DNA of 64,000 nucleotides from Phoronis australis (Eukaryota; Animalia; Phoronida): positions 284,868-348,867 of the forward strand of contig NMRA01000242.1 in assembly GCA_002633005.1 (NCBI GenBank). Direction: 5' to 3'. The notes beneath the pieces are model-generated. The model worked only from the letters and a program-made list of their open reading frames with translations. It did no database searches and was not told where the DNA came from. A program made the translations under genes and the position numbers. Below are positions 63,451-64,000 of the stretch, piece by piece (positions within the stretch are counted from its first letter, which is position 1; each line of letters starts with the position of its first letter).

Positions 63451-64000
63451 ACACCTGTCAACTACAAAGTCTGCATATTCAGTTTATTTAGCACACTCAG
63501 ATACATAACAAGCCCAATCAAGTAGTTTTCCACCACAGAATTTAGAAATTAAAAGCTAATAAATGAAGCTGTGTAAACACAACGATGAAATTCTGTCCGA
63601 TTTCTAATTAATTTAAAGCTGCATATTAAACCTGTTTTAGCTGGCTACAAAAGAAAATCAAATTTGTTCTTTTTACTCTCATAATACTGCTCTCATAAAA
63701 TTCCTTGCCGTGATAAGATTCCATTTCCGTTACCAACAAGAACATTAAAACTATCGGCAACTCAAGAAAACCCAAAAATTTTTCAAAAATAGCGCATTCA
63801 AAAATGGCTAGCAGAAATAAAATCATATCATAGTAAGGACTACTATGGGATTGATTTTGTGATATTTAATGGCCTGATTCACTTTCCCTTTAAAGCCAGC
63901 TAAACTAAGCAAAAAGTAGCTGTAAGCAGGATAATTAGACATGTACAGCTGTTCAGGTGCCCACAGGACTTGATATAACACAAAACTCAGTATCTTTTTT

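Overview
Eukaryotic (bilaterian invertebrate-like) AT-rich genomic DNA with spliceosomal GT-AG introns, so most entries in the ORF track are spurious. Two convergent protein-coding genes, both 5'-truncated by the window edges, were assembled by hand. (1) UXS1 (UDP-glucuronic acid decarboxylase) on +, 7 exons, 958-5938. (2) An LMO7/LIMCH1/Smallish-family scaffold (CH domain, DUF4757-like region, PDZ, coiled coil, C-terminal LIM) on -, 20 frame-consistent exons, 62073-13276 (5112 nt). Introns and the intergenic spacer contain five copies of a Helentron-associated (DINE-1/HINE-like) element whose internal repeats carry CTCF-consensus motifs, a TA-flanked Tc1/mariner-pogo-like element with a decayed HIRAN-like ORF, an internally deleted PIF/Harbinger element, two MITEs, a LINE 3' remnant, tRNA-like SINE remnants and many minisatellites. 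Main leads: a hidden 26-nt terminal exon adding a PDZ-binding motif, candidate 18-nt and 39-nt microexons, a minisatellite made from an exon end plus its splice donor, and a hairpin that buries a candidate UXS1 poly(A) signal. All calls come from manual reading; no searches were run.
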